Assembly: GCA_963666515.2 (NCBI GenBank)
Contig: OY762897.2
Span: 2,432,001-2,496,000, forward strand
Length of the DNA stretch: 64,000 nucleotides
Direction: 5' to 3'
Source of the DNA: Candidatus Binatia bacterium
GTDB lineage: Bacteria; Desulfobacterota; Binatia; UBA9968; JAJDTQ01
Made by a program: the position numbers and the translations under genes. Under the pieces are notes generated by a model. That model ran no database searches, had not been told where the DNA came from, and saw only the letters and a list, made by a program, of their open reading frames with translations. Below are positions 35,538 through 46,991 of the stretch, piece after piece. Within the stretch, counting starts at the first letter, position 1. Every line of letters begins with the position of its first letter.

Positions 35538-37339
35538 TGGCCGGCGAGAGCTACGAGACTCACGACTACGACGTGGTGGTGGTGGGCGCCGGCGGCGCCG
35601 GGCTGCGGGCCGGCATCGAGGCCCACGACAAGGGCTGCAAGACCGCCATCATCTGCAAGTCGCTGCTGGGCAAGGCCCACACGGTCATGGCCGAGGGCGG
35701 TATCGCCGCGGCCATGGGCAACGTCTGGCCGGAGGACAACTGGAAGGTCCACTTCCGCGACACCATGCGCGGCGGCAAGCTGCTGAACAACTGGCGCATG
35801 GCGCAGATCCACGCCCAGCAGGCGCCGGACCGGGTGCTGGAGCTGGAGGAATGGGGCGCGCTGTTCGACCGCACCGACGAGGGGCTGATCCTGCAGCGCG
35901 ACTTCGGCGGCCACCGCTACGCGCGGCTGGCCCACGTGGGCGACCGCACCGGCCTGGAGATGATACGGACGCTCCAGCAGCGGGCGGTGGCGCTGGGCAT
36001 CGACGTCTTCATGGAGTGCAACATCCAGCACCTGCTGATGAACGACGGCCGGGTGAGCGGGGCGGTGGGCTACTGGCGCGAGAGCGGCGAGCTGATCGTG
36101 TTCAACTGCAAGGCCGTGGTGCTGGCCACCGGCGGCTCCGGCAAGTGCTGGCAGGTGACATCGAACTCCTGGGAATACAGCGGCGACGGCATGGGCATGG
36201 CCATGGAGGTGGGGGCCGACCTCATCGACATGGAGAAGGTGCAGTTCCACCCCACCGGGATGGTGTGGCCCCCCAGCGTGCGCGGCATCCTGGTGACCGA
36301 GGGCGTGCGCGGCGACGGCGGCACCCTGCTGAATTCCGAGGGCGAACGCTTCATGTTCAACTACATCCCGGAGTTCTTCAAGGCCGAGACCGCGGACAAC
36401 GAGACCGAGGCCGACGCCTGGTACCAGGACAAGAAGAACAACCGCCGCACCCCGGACCTGCTGCCCCGGGACGAGGTGGCCCGGGCCATCAACGCCGAGG
36501 TCAAGGCCGGACGGGGCACCGAGCACGGCGGCGTCTACCTGGACATCGCCAACCGCCGCGACTCGGAGTACATCATGCGGCGGCTGCCGTCCATGTACCA
36601 CCAGTTCAAGGAGCTGGCGGACGTGGACATCACCAAGGAAGCCATGGAGGTGGGTCCCACCTGCCACTACATCATGGGCGGCGTCCGGGTGGACGCGGAC
36701 ACCTCCGCCACCGCGGTGCCGGGCCTCTACGCCGCGGGCGAGGTGGCCGGCGGGCTGCACGGCGCCAACCGGCTCGGCGGCAACTCCCTGTCCGACCTGC
36801 TGGTGTTCGGGCGCATCGCCGGTGAATCGGCCGCGGACTACGCCCTGGGCGCGGAGGCGGCGGCAAAGGCCGATCCGGCCGAGGTGGACCGAGTCACGAC
36901 GCTGATGCTGGAGCCCTTCACGGACCGGGGCGACGAGAACCCCTACGCCATCCACATGGACCTCCAGCGCACCATGCACAACCTGGTCGGCATCATCCGC
37001 ACCGAGAGCGAGATGCTGAAGGCGATGGAGGAGGTCGCGGCCTACAAGGACCGGGCCGAGCGGGTGAAGGTCGAAGGCGGCCGGCGCTTCAACCCCGGCT
37101 GGCACCTGGCGCTGGACCTGCGGAACCTGCTGGCGGTGGCCGAGGCCGCCACTCTGTCGGCCCTGGAGTGCAAGGAAAGCCGCGGCGGCCACACCCGGGA
37201 CGACTACCCGGACCCCGACCCCAAGTACGGCAGCGTCAACGTGGTCACCCGCAAGCAGAACGGAACCATCTCGGTCTCCCTCGAGCCCCTGCCCGAGATG
37301 CCCGAGGAGCTCAGGAAGATCGTCGAGGAGCAAGTTTGA
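35537..37339 (+). CDS. sdhA: succinate dehydrogenase/fumarate reductase flavoprotein subunit (Sdh1 type)
   Basis: GAGGAG, KAHTVMAEGG (FAD His), QFHPTG, TEGVRGDGG, LPRDEVAR, HYIMGG, HGANRLGGNSL. Confidence 0.96.
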   Translation: MAGESYETHDYDVVVVGAGGAGLRAGIEAHDKGCKTAIICKSLLGKAHTVMAEGGIAAAMGNVWPEDNWKVHFRDTMRGGKLLNNWRMAQIHAQQAPDRVLELEEWGALFDRTDEGLILQRDFGGHRYARLAHVGDRTGLEMIRTLQQRAVALGIDVFMECNIQHLLMNDGRVSGAVGYWRESGELIVFNCKAVVLATGGSGKCWQVTSNSWEYSGDGMGMAMEVGADLIDMEKVQFHPTGMVWPPSVRGILVTEGVRGDGGTLLNSEGERFMFNYIPEFFKAETADNETEADAWYQDKKNNRRTPDLLPRDEVARAINAEVKAGRGTEHGGVYLDIANRRDSEYIMRRLPSMYHQFKELADVDITKEAMEVGPTCHYIMGGVRVDADTSATAVPGLYAAGEVAGGLHGANRLGGNSLSDLLVFGRIAGESAADYALGAEAAAKADPAEVDRVTTLMLEPFTDRGDENPYAIHMDLQRTMHNLVGIIRTESEMLKAMEEVAAYKDRAERVKVEGGRRFNPGWHLALDLRNLLAVAEAATLSALECKESRGGHTRDDYPDPDPKYGSVNVVTRKQNGTISVSLEPLPEMPEELRKIVEEQV

Positions 37340-38115
37340 TGTCTGAAGCAGCGGTCGCAGGAAACGGTGGCGAAGCGAAAATGCGGGTCTGGCGCGGCGA
37401 CGCCGGCGGCGGAGAGTTCAGGGACTACACCGTGCCGCTCCAGGAGGGCATGGTGGTGCTGGACGTGATCCACGCGATCCAGGCCATGCACGCGGGCGAC
37501 CTCGCCGTGCGCTGGAACTGCAAGGCCGGGAAGTGCGGATCGTGCAGCGCCGAGGTCAACGGCAAGCCGCGGCTCATGTGCATGACGCGCATGAACACGT
37601 TCGAGCCCGGCGAGACCATCACCGTGGCCCCCATCAAGACCTTCCCGCTGATCCGCGACCTCGTCACCGACGTCTCCTACAACTACGAGAAGGCCAAGAC
37701 CGTCCCGCCCTTCAAGCCCAGGCCCAAGGAGGCCGACGGCACCCGGCGCATGTACCAGGAAGACATCGACCGGGTGCAGGAATTCCACAAGTGCATCGAG
37801 TGCTTCCTGTGCCAGAACGTCTGCCACGTGATCCGCGACCACGACGACAACAAGCCCGGCTTTGCCGGACCGCGCTTGTTCGTGCGGGTAGCGAGCCTGG
37901 AGATGCACCCGCTGGACACCGACGACCGGCTGGAGTTCCTGCGCAACGAGGCCGGGCTGGGCTTCTGCAACATCACCAAGTGCTGCACCGAGGTCTGCCC
38001 GGAGCACATCAAGATCACCGACAACTCCATCATCCCCCTGAAGGAACGCGTGGTGACGCGCTTCTACGACCCCATCGCGCGGCTGCTGGGGGCGCTGGGC
38101 GGGAAGAAGTCCTGA
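37339..38115 (+). CDS. sdhB: succinate dehydrogenase iron-sulfur subunit (Sdh1 type)
   Basis: WNCKAGKCGSC, CIECFLCQNVC, CNITKCCTEVCP. Confidence 0.96.
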   Translation: MSEAAVAGNGGEAKMRVWRGDAGGGEFRDYTVPLQEGMVVLDVIHAIQAMHAGDLAVRWNCKAGKCGSCSAEVNGKPRLMCMTRMNTFEPGETITVAPIKTFPLIRDLVTDVSYNYEKAKTVPPFKPRPKEADGTRRMYQEDIDRVQEFHKCIECFLCQNVCHVIRDHDDNKPGFAGPRLFVRVASLEMHPLDTDDRLEFLRNEAGLGFCNITKCCTEVCPEHIKITDNSIIPLKERVVTRFYDPIARLLGALGGKKS

Positions 38116-38133
38116 CGCGTTGACAAGGCGTGA

Positions 38134-38246
38134 CGAACCCGTCATTCCGGCGAAAGCCGGAATCCAGAGGCCGGGTTGGATCGGGCAAGGCGGACCCCTC
38201 GACCCCGCCACCCCTGGATTCCGGCTTTCGCCGGAATGACGGTTCG
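38134..38246. repeat. inverted pair of family A REP units (REPIN-like doublet)
   Basis: CGTCATTCCGGCGAAAGCCGGAATCCA at 38140-38166 and its reverse complement at 38215-38241, with a 48-nt spacer. Confidence 0.85.
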
Positions 38247-38301
38247 GGCATTTGCGGACTATTTGTGAGACACCACACCAAGTCACCGATGGTCCCATGA
38301 A

Positions 38302-39078
38302 ATGGAGTTGTCAGAACGAATAGCGCTGATCACCGGCGGCGGCACAGGCATCGGCAAGGCCGTGGCGCGAGCCATGGCGCAGGAAGGGGCGCGGGTGGCG
38401 ATCGCTGCACGTGACCTGCGGAGGCTGGAAGCGGTGGCAGAGGAGTTGCGGGCGGAAGGCCACTCCGTGTTGCCGGTGGCGGTGGACGTAACGGACAAAG
38501 TCGCGATTCGCGATTGCGTGAACACGGTCCGAGACAACTGGGGCCGGCTCCACATCCTGGTGAACAACGCCGGGGCCTCCGGGATGACTCCCATGGATGA
38601 CGCGGACGACGGTCTGTGGCATACCATCGTCGATACGAACCTGACCGGCGTCTACCTGCTGACCAAGGAAGTGCTGGGCATCATGAGCGGCGACGGCGAC
38701 GGCCGCATCATCAACATGTCCTCGGTGCTCGGCAAGTTCGGCGTTCCCGGCTACGCGGCCTACTGCGCCAGCAAGCATGGCCTCATCGGCTTCACCCGAG
38801 CCCTGGCGTTGGAGCTGGTATCCCGCGGCATCACGGTCAACGCCCTGTGCCCCGGATGGGTGGACACGGAGATGTCCCGCGCCGGCATCGAGCAGATCGC
38901 CGCGCAACAGGGAACGGACCCCGAGTCCTTCAAGCAGCAGGCGCTGGCCGCGGTGCCGATAGGGCGGTTCCTGGACCCGGAGGAGATCGCCCGGTTCGCG
39001 GTGTACCTGGCGTCGGACAAGGCGTCCGGCATCACCGGACAGGCTCTCAACATCTGCGGCGGGCAGACCATGGTGTAA
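38302..39078 (+). CDS. SDR family oxidoreductase (FabG/BDH-like)
   Basis: TGGGTGIG, NNAG, YCASK, NALCPGWVDT. Confidence 0.93.
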   Translation: MELSERIALITGGGTGIGKAVARAMAQEGARVAIAARDLRRLEAVAEELRAEGHSVLPVAVDVTDKVAIRDCVNTVRDNWGRLHILVNNAGASGMTPMDDADDGLWHTIVDTNLTGVYLLTKEVLGIMSGDGDGRIINMSSVLGKFGVPGYAAYCASKHGLIGFTRALALELVSRGITVNALCPGWVDTEMSRAGIEQIAAQQGTDPESFKQQALAAVPIGRFLDPEEIARFAVYLASDKASGITGQALNICGGQTMV

Positions 39079-39081
39079 CCG

Positions 39082-39912
39082 ATGACGATCCCGGAACTAG
39101 AGGCCATAGCCAAGGAAATCAGGGTCGACGTGATCCGCATGCTGGTGGAGGCGGGCTCCGGCCACCCAGGCGGCTCGCTGTCCTGCACGGACATCGTGAC
39201 GGCGCTGTACTTCCACCAGATGCGCCACCGCCCGGACCAACCCGACTGGCCGGACCGGGACCGCTTCGTTCTCTCCAAGGGCCACTGCGTCCCCGCGGTC
39301 TACGCCGCCCTGGCACGGGCCGGCTACCTGGAGCGGGAGGAGACGCTGAGCCTGCGCAAGCTCAACAGCCGCATGCAGGGACATCCGGACCGGCACCGCT
39401 TCCCCTACGTCGAGGCATCCACCGGCTCCCTCGGACAGGGCCTGTCGGTGGCCGTGGGGATGGCGCTGGCGGGCAAGGCCGGCGGTAAGGACTACCGCAC
39501 CTACTGTGTCATCAGTGACGGCGAGTGCCAGGCCGGGCAGATCTGGGAGGCAGCCATGTCCGCACCCCGTTTCAAGCTCGACAACCTCTGCGTGCTCATG
39601 GACTACAACCACATCCAGTTGAGCGGCGTGACCGACGAGATCATGAGCCTGGAGCCGCTGCTGGACAAGTGGCGCGCCTTCAACTGGAACACGCTGGAGA
39701 TCGACGGCCACAGCTTCCCGGCCATCCTCGACGCCCTGAAGGCCGCCGAACAACACCGCGACGGCCCCACCATGATCGTGTGCCAGACCGTCAAGGGCAA
39801 AGGAGTCAGCTTCATGGAGAACCGCTGGGAGTGGCACGGCAAGGCCCCCAGCCGCGAGGAAGGCGACCGCGCCATCGAAGAGATCGTCAACGGAGCGCCC
39901 CCGGCCTCCTAG
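39082..39912 (+). CDS. transketolase, N-terminal subunit
   Basis: SGHPGGSLS, DRFVLSKGH, QGHP, STGSLGQG, SDGECQAG, KGKG. Confidence 0.95.
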   Translation: MTIPELEAIAKEIRVDVIRMLVEAGSGHPGGSLSCTDIVTALYFHQMRHRPDQPDWPDRDRFVLSKGHCVPAVYAALARAGYLEREETLSLRKLNSRMQGHPDRHRFPYVEASTGSLGQGLSVAVGMALAGKAGGKDYRTYCVISDGECQAGQIWEAAMSAPRFKLDNLCVLMDYNHIQLSGVTDEIMSLEPLLDKWRAFNWNTLEIDGHSFPAILDALKAAEQHRDGPTMIVCQTVKGKGVSFMENRWEWHGKAPSREEGDRAIEEIVNGAPPAS

Positions 39913-39922
39913 GGAAGAGCAC

Positions 39923-40846
39923 ATGAGCGCAACCGCAACACGCGTGACCTTCGGCGAGACCGTGACCCGGCTGGCCGACGACAATCCGGATATCGTCGTC
40001 CTCGACGCCGACCTCCGGAAGTCCACCATGACCGACGAGTTCTCAAAGAAGCACCCTGAGCGCTTCTTCGACGTCGGCATCGCCGAAGGCAACATGGTGG
40101 GCGTCGGCGCCGGCATGGCCTTGGCCGGCAAAATCCCCTTCATCTGCAGCTTCGCCTGCTTTGTGGTGGGCCGCTTCGAGCAGATACGCATGGCCGTGGC
40201 CTACAACCGCGCCAACGTCAAGATCGTCGGCACCCACGCCGGCATCGGCATCGGCGAGGACGGCTACAGCCAGATGGCCACCGAAGACGTGGGCCTCATG
40301 CGCACCCTGCCCAACATGGCCGTGGTGCAGCCCGCCGACGCCATCGAGACCCGTGGCGCAGTGGAATACATCGCGCAGCACGACGGCCCCGTGTTCCTGC
40401 GCCTCACCCGGCAAAAGGTCGCCGACGTCAACGGCGAGGGCTACGAGTTCCGCTTCGGCAAGGCCGTAGTGCTGCGGGAGGGCACGGACGTGTCGCTGGT
40501 GGGGACCGGCGCCGTCATGGAGAACGTCCTCAAGGCCGCCGACTTGCTGGCCAAACGAGGCATCAGCGCCCAGGTAGTGAACGTCCACACCATCAAGCCC
40601 ATCGACACCGAGTTCATCGAGTCCGTGGCCTCAAGCCACGGCAGGATCGTCACCGTGGAAGACCACGGCATCTCCGGCGGCCTCGGCAGCGCGGTGGCCG
40701 AAGCCGTGGCCGAACTGGGTCGCGGCCGCGTCCGGCGCGTCGGCGTCACCGAGTTCGCGGAGTCCGGGGACACCGAGGGACTGTACGGGAAGTACGGACT
40801 GTCCGCCGAGCACATCAGCACGGCGGCAACGGAATTGCTGGAGTAG
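39923..40846 (+). CDS. transketolase, C-terminal subunit
   Basis: DADL, DVGIAE, GEDG.SQ..ED, TIKPID, EDH..GGLGSAV. Confidence 0.95.
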   Translation: MSATATRVTFGETVTRLADDNPDIVVLDADLRKSTMTDEFSKKHPERFFDVGIAEGNMVGVGAGMALAGKIPFICSFACFVVGRFEQIRMAVAYNRANVKIVGTHAGIGIGEDGYSQMATEDVGLMRTLPNMAVVQPADAIETRGAVEYIAQHDGPVFLRLTRQKVADVNGEGYEFRFGKAVVLREGTDVSLVGTGAVMENVLKAADLLAKRGISAQVVNVHTIKPIDTEFIESVASSHGRIVTVEDHGISGGLGSAVAEAVAELGRGRVRRVGVTEFAESGDTEGLYGKYGLSAEHISTAATELLE

Positions 40847-40907
40847 CGTTCTGGCGACGTCCAGCAAAACCCCAAGGAACAGCGGCTCGTTGTAGACGGT
40901 CTGCGGA

Positions 40908-40916
40908 TGGTATAAT
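40908..40916 (+). promoter_or_regulatory. extended -10 promoter of the Fic pair
   Basis: TGGTATAAT (TGn-TATAAT), followed by SD AAGGAGG and ATG at 40951. Confidence 0.65.
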
Positions 40917-40950
40917 TCCAGTGCCAACGGGACTGCTAAGGAGGGGAACG

Positions 40951-41139
40951 ATGATCCCGACGGGAACGAAACCCAACAAGGAACTGGAGAGGCGCCTGAA
41001 AAAGGCGGCCAGCAAGCCGATGACCAAGGAGGAGATTCGCAGGCAGCGTATCTCATTCGTCTACGGGAATATGCCGAGTCGAATCGGCATTACGCGCGAC
41101 CAAGTGGCGGAACTCCTCGACAAACATGACGGCCGATGA
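40951..41139 (+). CDS. small protein, putative antitoxin of the downstream Fic
   Basis: 62 aa, MTKEEIRRQRISFVYGN; strong RBS; ATGA overlap with Fic. Confidence 0.75.
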   Translation: MIPTGTKPNKELERRLKKAASKPMTKEEIRRQRISFVYGNMPSRIGITRDQVAELLDKHDGR

Positions 41140-41748
41140 TCCTCCACGATCTTCTGGGGACCGAGCAACATCCTGCCTATAGCGCACTCTCTGCCGACAA
41201 TCTTGCCAGACAGTACGACTTTCTGCGTTCCGTGGTGAATGCTGCTCTGACCATCAATCGGCCGATGCTCTCCTCAGCACTCATCAAGGCATTGAACTAT
41301 CACGCCATTTCCTGTCTGCACGTCAGTGCTGGAGAGTACCGGCCATGTCCCGTCACCGTGGGCCAGCATCAGCCGCCTGACCACTACCTTGTGCCCGAGT
41401 TGATGAACGGGTTCATAAACGAAGTGAACAGGTTTTGGGAGACCAGCGACATTTCTGTCCTGGCCGCGTATTGCCTCTGGCGCTTGAACTACATCCACCC
41501 CTTCATCAACGGCAACGGCCGAACGGCGCGAGTCCTCTGCTACTTCGTGGTATGCGTGAAGTCTGGTGGCTGTTTGAGAGGTGAGCCGATACTACCCGAA
41601 TTGATACTGCAGCACCGTGACCGGTATGTGGCGCTGCTCCAAGATGTCGATCAGGGCTGTCGAAGCCAGCCGTCCTGACTATCTGGATGGCCTCACGGCA
41701 TTCATTGCCGAACTGTTACAACAACAGATCCAATCAGTATCCCGTTAG
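41136..41748 (+). pseudogene. Fic family protein with an apparent +1 frameshift near the C-terminus
   Basis: Canonical HPFINGNGRTAR. The frame stops at 41678; removing one G in CAGGG (about 41655) restores DQAVEASRPDYLDGLTAFIAELLQQQIQSVSR to TAG at 41748. Confidence 0.75.
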
Positions 41749-41776
41749 CGTTCACCGGAGGCCGAACCCGGTGACA

Positions 41777-42403
41777 TTAAGTTTGATCGCCCGTGGTCGG
41801 AGGCTCTTTGGATACTTCTTCGCCGACATTGACAGCCGGCTCTTCACCATGGCCCGACGGCGCTTCGGCAGCGGCCTCTTCAGCCGGCTGGGCTTCCGCG
41901 GTGGCGGCTTCCGCCTCGCCATCGGCCGCGGCCGTTTCCGTGTCGCCGGCCTCCGGCTGGTCCTCCGACACCACCTTCACCTTGATGCTCGGCATCACTT
42001 CCGGGCGCAGCCGGATGGGGACCTCGTAATCGCCGACGTTCTTGATGGGGGCGTCGAGGACGATCCTGCGGCGCTCGACGTCGAAGCCCTGATCCTTGAG
42101 CGCCTTTTCGATGTCCATGGTGGTCACCGAGCCGAAGAGCCTGCCCTCCTCGCCGGCCTTGGCGGTGAATTCGAGGGACACGCCGGCGAGCTTCGCGCTG
42201 ATGCCCTGGGCCTCCTTGGTGAGGCGTTCGCGGCGCTGGGCGATCATGCGCTGCTCGTGCTCCAGGGCCTTGAGGTTCTTCTTGTTGGCGAGGACCACGA
42301 GACCGCGGGGGAGCAGGTAGTTGCGGGCGTAACCGTCCTTGACCTTCACCACGTCGCCCATGTGGCCCAGGTTCTCGATATCTTCCTTCAGAACGACTTC
42401 CAT
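41777..42403 (-). CDS. rplI: 50S ribosomal protein L9 with acidic C-terminal extension
   Basis: VKVKDGYARNYLLP, GRLFGSVT. Confidence 0.97.
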   Translation of the reverse strand: MEVVLKEDIENLGHMGDVVKVKDGYARNYLLPRGLVVLANKKNLKALEHEQRMIAQRRERLTKEAQGISAKLAGVSLEFTAKAGEEGRLFGSVTTMDIEKALKDQGFDVERRRIVLDAPIKNVGDYEVPIRLRPEVMPSIKVKVVSEDQPEAGDTETAAADGEAEAATAEAQPAEEAAAEAPSGHGEEPAVNVGEEVSKEPPTTGDQT

Positions 42404-42413
42404 CGGTTCTCCT

Positions 42414-43358
42414 TCAGGTCAGGCCCTCGGTGCGCCGCTTGAGGCGACGGAAGTCGCCCCAGAGGTCGAAGAACCCAAGGCCGATGACCAGCACCGTGAG
42501 GACCTGCTCGAAGACGATGAGCAGGTATCCCAGCACGCGAAAAAACATCGGGACTCTCTTGTGATGAAAATAGTACGCCACGATGGCAAGGCCGTGGAAG
42601 AAATAGAACACGGCGCATACGAAGACCAGGTTCACGGCCAGTGCGCGCAACGACCATCCGAGGGGCAGGAAAAGCGCCAAGCTCGGCACCAGCAACAACC
42701 ACACCATGTAATCCGGCGACTTCCATTCCTTCAGGTCTCCGGCCTCGAAGAAAAACGAGCGGTACTGCGGGAACTGCCACGACAGCAGCGCCAGATTGAC
42801 CAGCACCGTGACCCCCATGGCCAGGAAGACCATCCCGGGCAGCATCTGGACGAAGAGGGCCGCCATCTGGCCGGCGTTCTCCCGCAGATAGTCAATGGTT
42901 TCGCCGGACAGGCCCATGCGCTCGTAAGCTTCCAGGGTCGCGAGGACCTGGGCCTGGACGCCGCCGTGCAACGTCGTCCACAGGGTCGAGAACGAGCCGG
43001 CGACCGCCGCGGCCGTCAACAGCATGACCGTCACCGTAAGGAGGGCGTTGCCGCTCACCACCGTGACGATGGACCATCCGCGTCCGAAGGAAAAGAACAG
43101 CAGGTACGTCACCAGCGCCAGGACCAGGTAGGCCACCGCCGCTTCCAGACCGGCCATGACGAAAACGCATGCCGTTGCCGCCAGGGGCAGCAGGTGTCCG
43201 GCCTGTTTCCCCACCTTGACGCCAACGAACAAGGCCGGGTAGATGACCAGCGGAAGCGTGGCCAGACCGAAGATCGGCACCCTCAGGCCTGCAAGGAAAA
43301 GCAGCAGGGTGGCAGCCAACCCAAGGCCGAACCACTTCGGTGTGTCAAGGCCTTTCAT
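42414..43358 (-). CDS. DUF2232 (YybS-like) membrane protein
   Basis: Multiple TM segments, LGFFDLWGDFRR C-terminus, conserved position between rpsR and rplI. Confidence 0.85.
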   Translation of the reverse strand: MKGLDTPKWFGLGLAATLLLFLAGLRVPIFGLATLPLVIYPALFVGVKVGKQAGHLLPLAATACVFVMAGLEAAVAYLVLALVTYLLFFSFGRGWSIVTVVSGNALLTVTVMLLTAAAVAGSFSTLWTTLHGGVQAQVLATLEAYERMGLSGETIDYLRENAGQMAALFVQMLPGMVFLAMGVTVLVNLALLSWQFPQYRSFFFEAGDLKEWKSPDYMVWLLLVPSLALFLPLGWSLRALAVNLVFVCAVFYFFHGLAIVAYYFHHKRVPMFFRVLGYLLIVFEQVLTVLVIGLGFFDLWGDFRRLKRRTEGLT

Positions 43359-43381
43359 GAGCCGACCCTGTCGACGCCGGA

Positions 43382-43660
43382 TCAGAGCTTTACGGTGGTG
43401 TAGGGGAGTAGCGCTACCAGGCGAGCCCGCTTGATCGCCTTGGACAGGCGCCGCTGGCACCAGCAACAGGTGCCGGTGATGCGGCTCGGCGTGATCTTGC
43501 CCCGCTCCGTCATGAATCCGGTGAGGAGCTTGGTATCCTTGTAGTCGAAGCGAAGGTCCTTGTTGGCGCAGAAGCGACAGACCTTCCGGCGCGAAATGCC
43601 GCGCCGGCGAGGTGACGAATCACGATCTTCCGAGCCTCTTCTCCCGTGATATTCTGCCAT
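43382..43660 (-). CDS. rpsR: 30S ribosomal protein S18 (Cys-rich, Zn-binding form)
   Basis: [39 protein letters not shown]. Confidence 0.97.
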   Translation of the reverse strand: MAEYHGRRGSEDRDSSPRRRGISRRKVCRFCANKDLRFDYKDTKLLTGFMTERGKITPSRITGTCCWCQRRLSKAIKRARLVALLPYTTVKL

Positions 43661-43701
43661 GTTCTCCTAGCCGTTCCGCTCTGCCATCCGTAGCCGGATA
43701 C

Positions 43702-44181
43702 TTACGCTTCGGAGCCTTCCTGGACTTCCTTGGCGGGTTCGGGCTCCGGCGCCGCCGGCTCTGCTGCTTGGGCCGGTTCCGCCGCCGCTGCCGCCTCCGG
43801 TTCCGTTGCTGCCGACACCGCTTCCACTGCCGCTGCCGGTTCCGGCGCAGGCGCGGGATCTTCCGTCCGGGCCAAGGACCGCACGTCGTCGTCCAGGACC
43901 ACGGTCATGCAGCGCATGACCTCGTCGCTCAAGCGCATCAGCCGCTCCAGCTCCTCGCTGGTCCCCGCCGAAGCCTGGTACTGGACCAAGTTGTAGAAGC
44001 CCCGGTCCTGCTTCTCGATGGGGTAGGCGAGGTCGCGCATGCCCCATTCCTCGAAATGGGTAACGGTTGCGCCGCGGCCTTCCAGGACTCCCAGGTACCT
44101 CTCGCAGAGCTCCTTGTTCTTGCCGCTGTGGACCGGGTGAACGATGAAGAGCGTCTCGTAGTGCGTCGTTTCGTCAGTCAT
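43702..44181 (-). CDS. rpsF: 30S ribosomal protein S6 with Ala/Glu/Pro-rich tail
   Basis: YETLFIVHP, EEWGMRDLAYPIEK, GFY. Confidence 0.95.
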   Translation of the reverse strand: MTDETTHYETLFIVHPVHSGKNKELCERYLGVLEGRGATVTHFEEWGMRDLAYPIEKQDRGFYNLVQYQASAGTSEELERLMRLSDEVMRCMTVVLDDDVRSLARTEDPAPAPEPAAAVEAVSAATEPEAAAAAEPAQAAEPAAPEPEPAKEVQEGSEA

Positions 44182-44259
44182 GGTCTGTCTTGTCTGACCG
44201 GCGCCATGATCCGAAATGGCGCCCTTGAAGGACGCCATTTCAGCGCACCGGAACGTGTC

Positions 44260-44288
44260 AACCTAGCACAGGGGTTGCCTGTTTACAA
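44260..44288 (-). promoter_or_regulatory. putative rpsF promoter
   Basis: TTGTAA-N17-TAGGTT with TGn; a 13-bp hairpin follows at 44213-44241. Confidence 0.5.
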
Positions 44289-44298
44289 CCTTCGCCAC

Positions 44299-46347
<2,049 letters not shown>

Positions 46348-46357
46348 AACGCCTCCT

Positions 46358-46924
46358 CTATTGAACCCGATTGAAATCTTCCATGGCCCGCACCGGGCCG
46401 TCCCGCACGATCGCTTCCAGCGCCTCCCCGGCCTTCGTCAGCACGCCGTCCAGCGCGTCTTCCTCGTCCGGCGGGAACCGGCTCAGCACGTATTCCACCG
46501 CATCCACGCCCGCGGGCGGACGGCCGATGCCGATACGGAGCCGGACGAAATCGCGGTCGGCCACGTACTGCAGGACGGACGCGATGCCGCGATGCCCGCC
46601 CGCGGACCCGCCGCAGCGGATCCTCAAGCGCCCGAAGGGCAGATCCAGGTCGTCGTAAGCCACCACCAGATCGGCCCCTCGGACCTGGTAGCGTTTCACC
46701 AGGGCCGCGGCCGCCAGGCCGCTGTTGTTCATGTAAGTCTGGGGCTTGGCGAGCACCAGGGGCTCCCGCTCCCACTCCCCCCGACCCACCAGGGACTCGC
46801 ACCGGTCGTCGCCGATGCGGATGTCCCTGGCTTCCGCGATGCGGTCCAGCAACAGAAACCCGAGATTGTGCCGGGTGCGCGCGTAACGCCGGCCCGGATT
46901 GCCCAGGCCCACCACGAGCTTCAC
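46358..46924 (-). CDS. pth: peptidyl-tRNA hydrolase
   Basis: [39 protein letters not shown]. Confidence 0.97.
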   Translation of the reverse strand: MKLVVGLGNPGRRYARTRHNLGFLLLDRIAEARDIRIGDDRCESLVGRGEWEREPLVLAKPQTYMNNSGLAAAALVKRYQVRGADLVVAYDDLDLPFGRLRIRCGGSAGGHRGIASVLQYVADRDFVRLRIGIGRPPAGVDAVEYVLSRFPPDEEDALDGVLTKAGEALEAIVRDGPVRAMEDFNRVQ

Positions 46925-46991
46925 GTCCGTGACCCGGCATGGAAGCCCGCGCACGCGCCGGACGTCCCGCCATCCCTGCGCGGCGCGGCGT

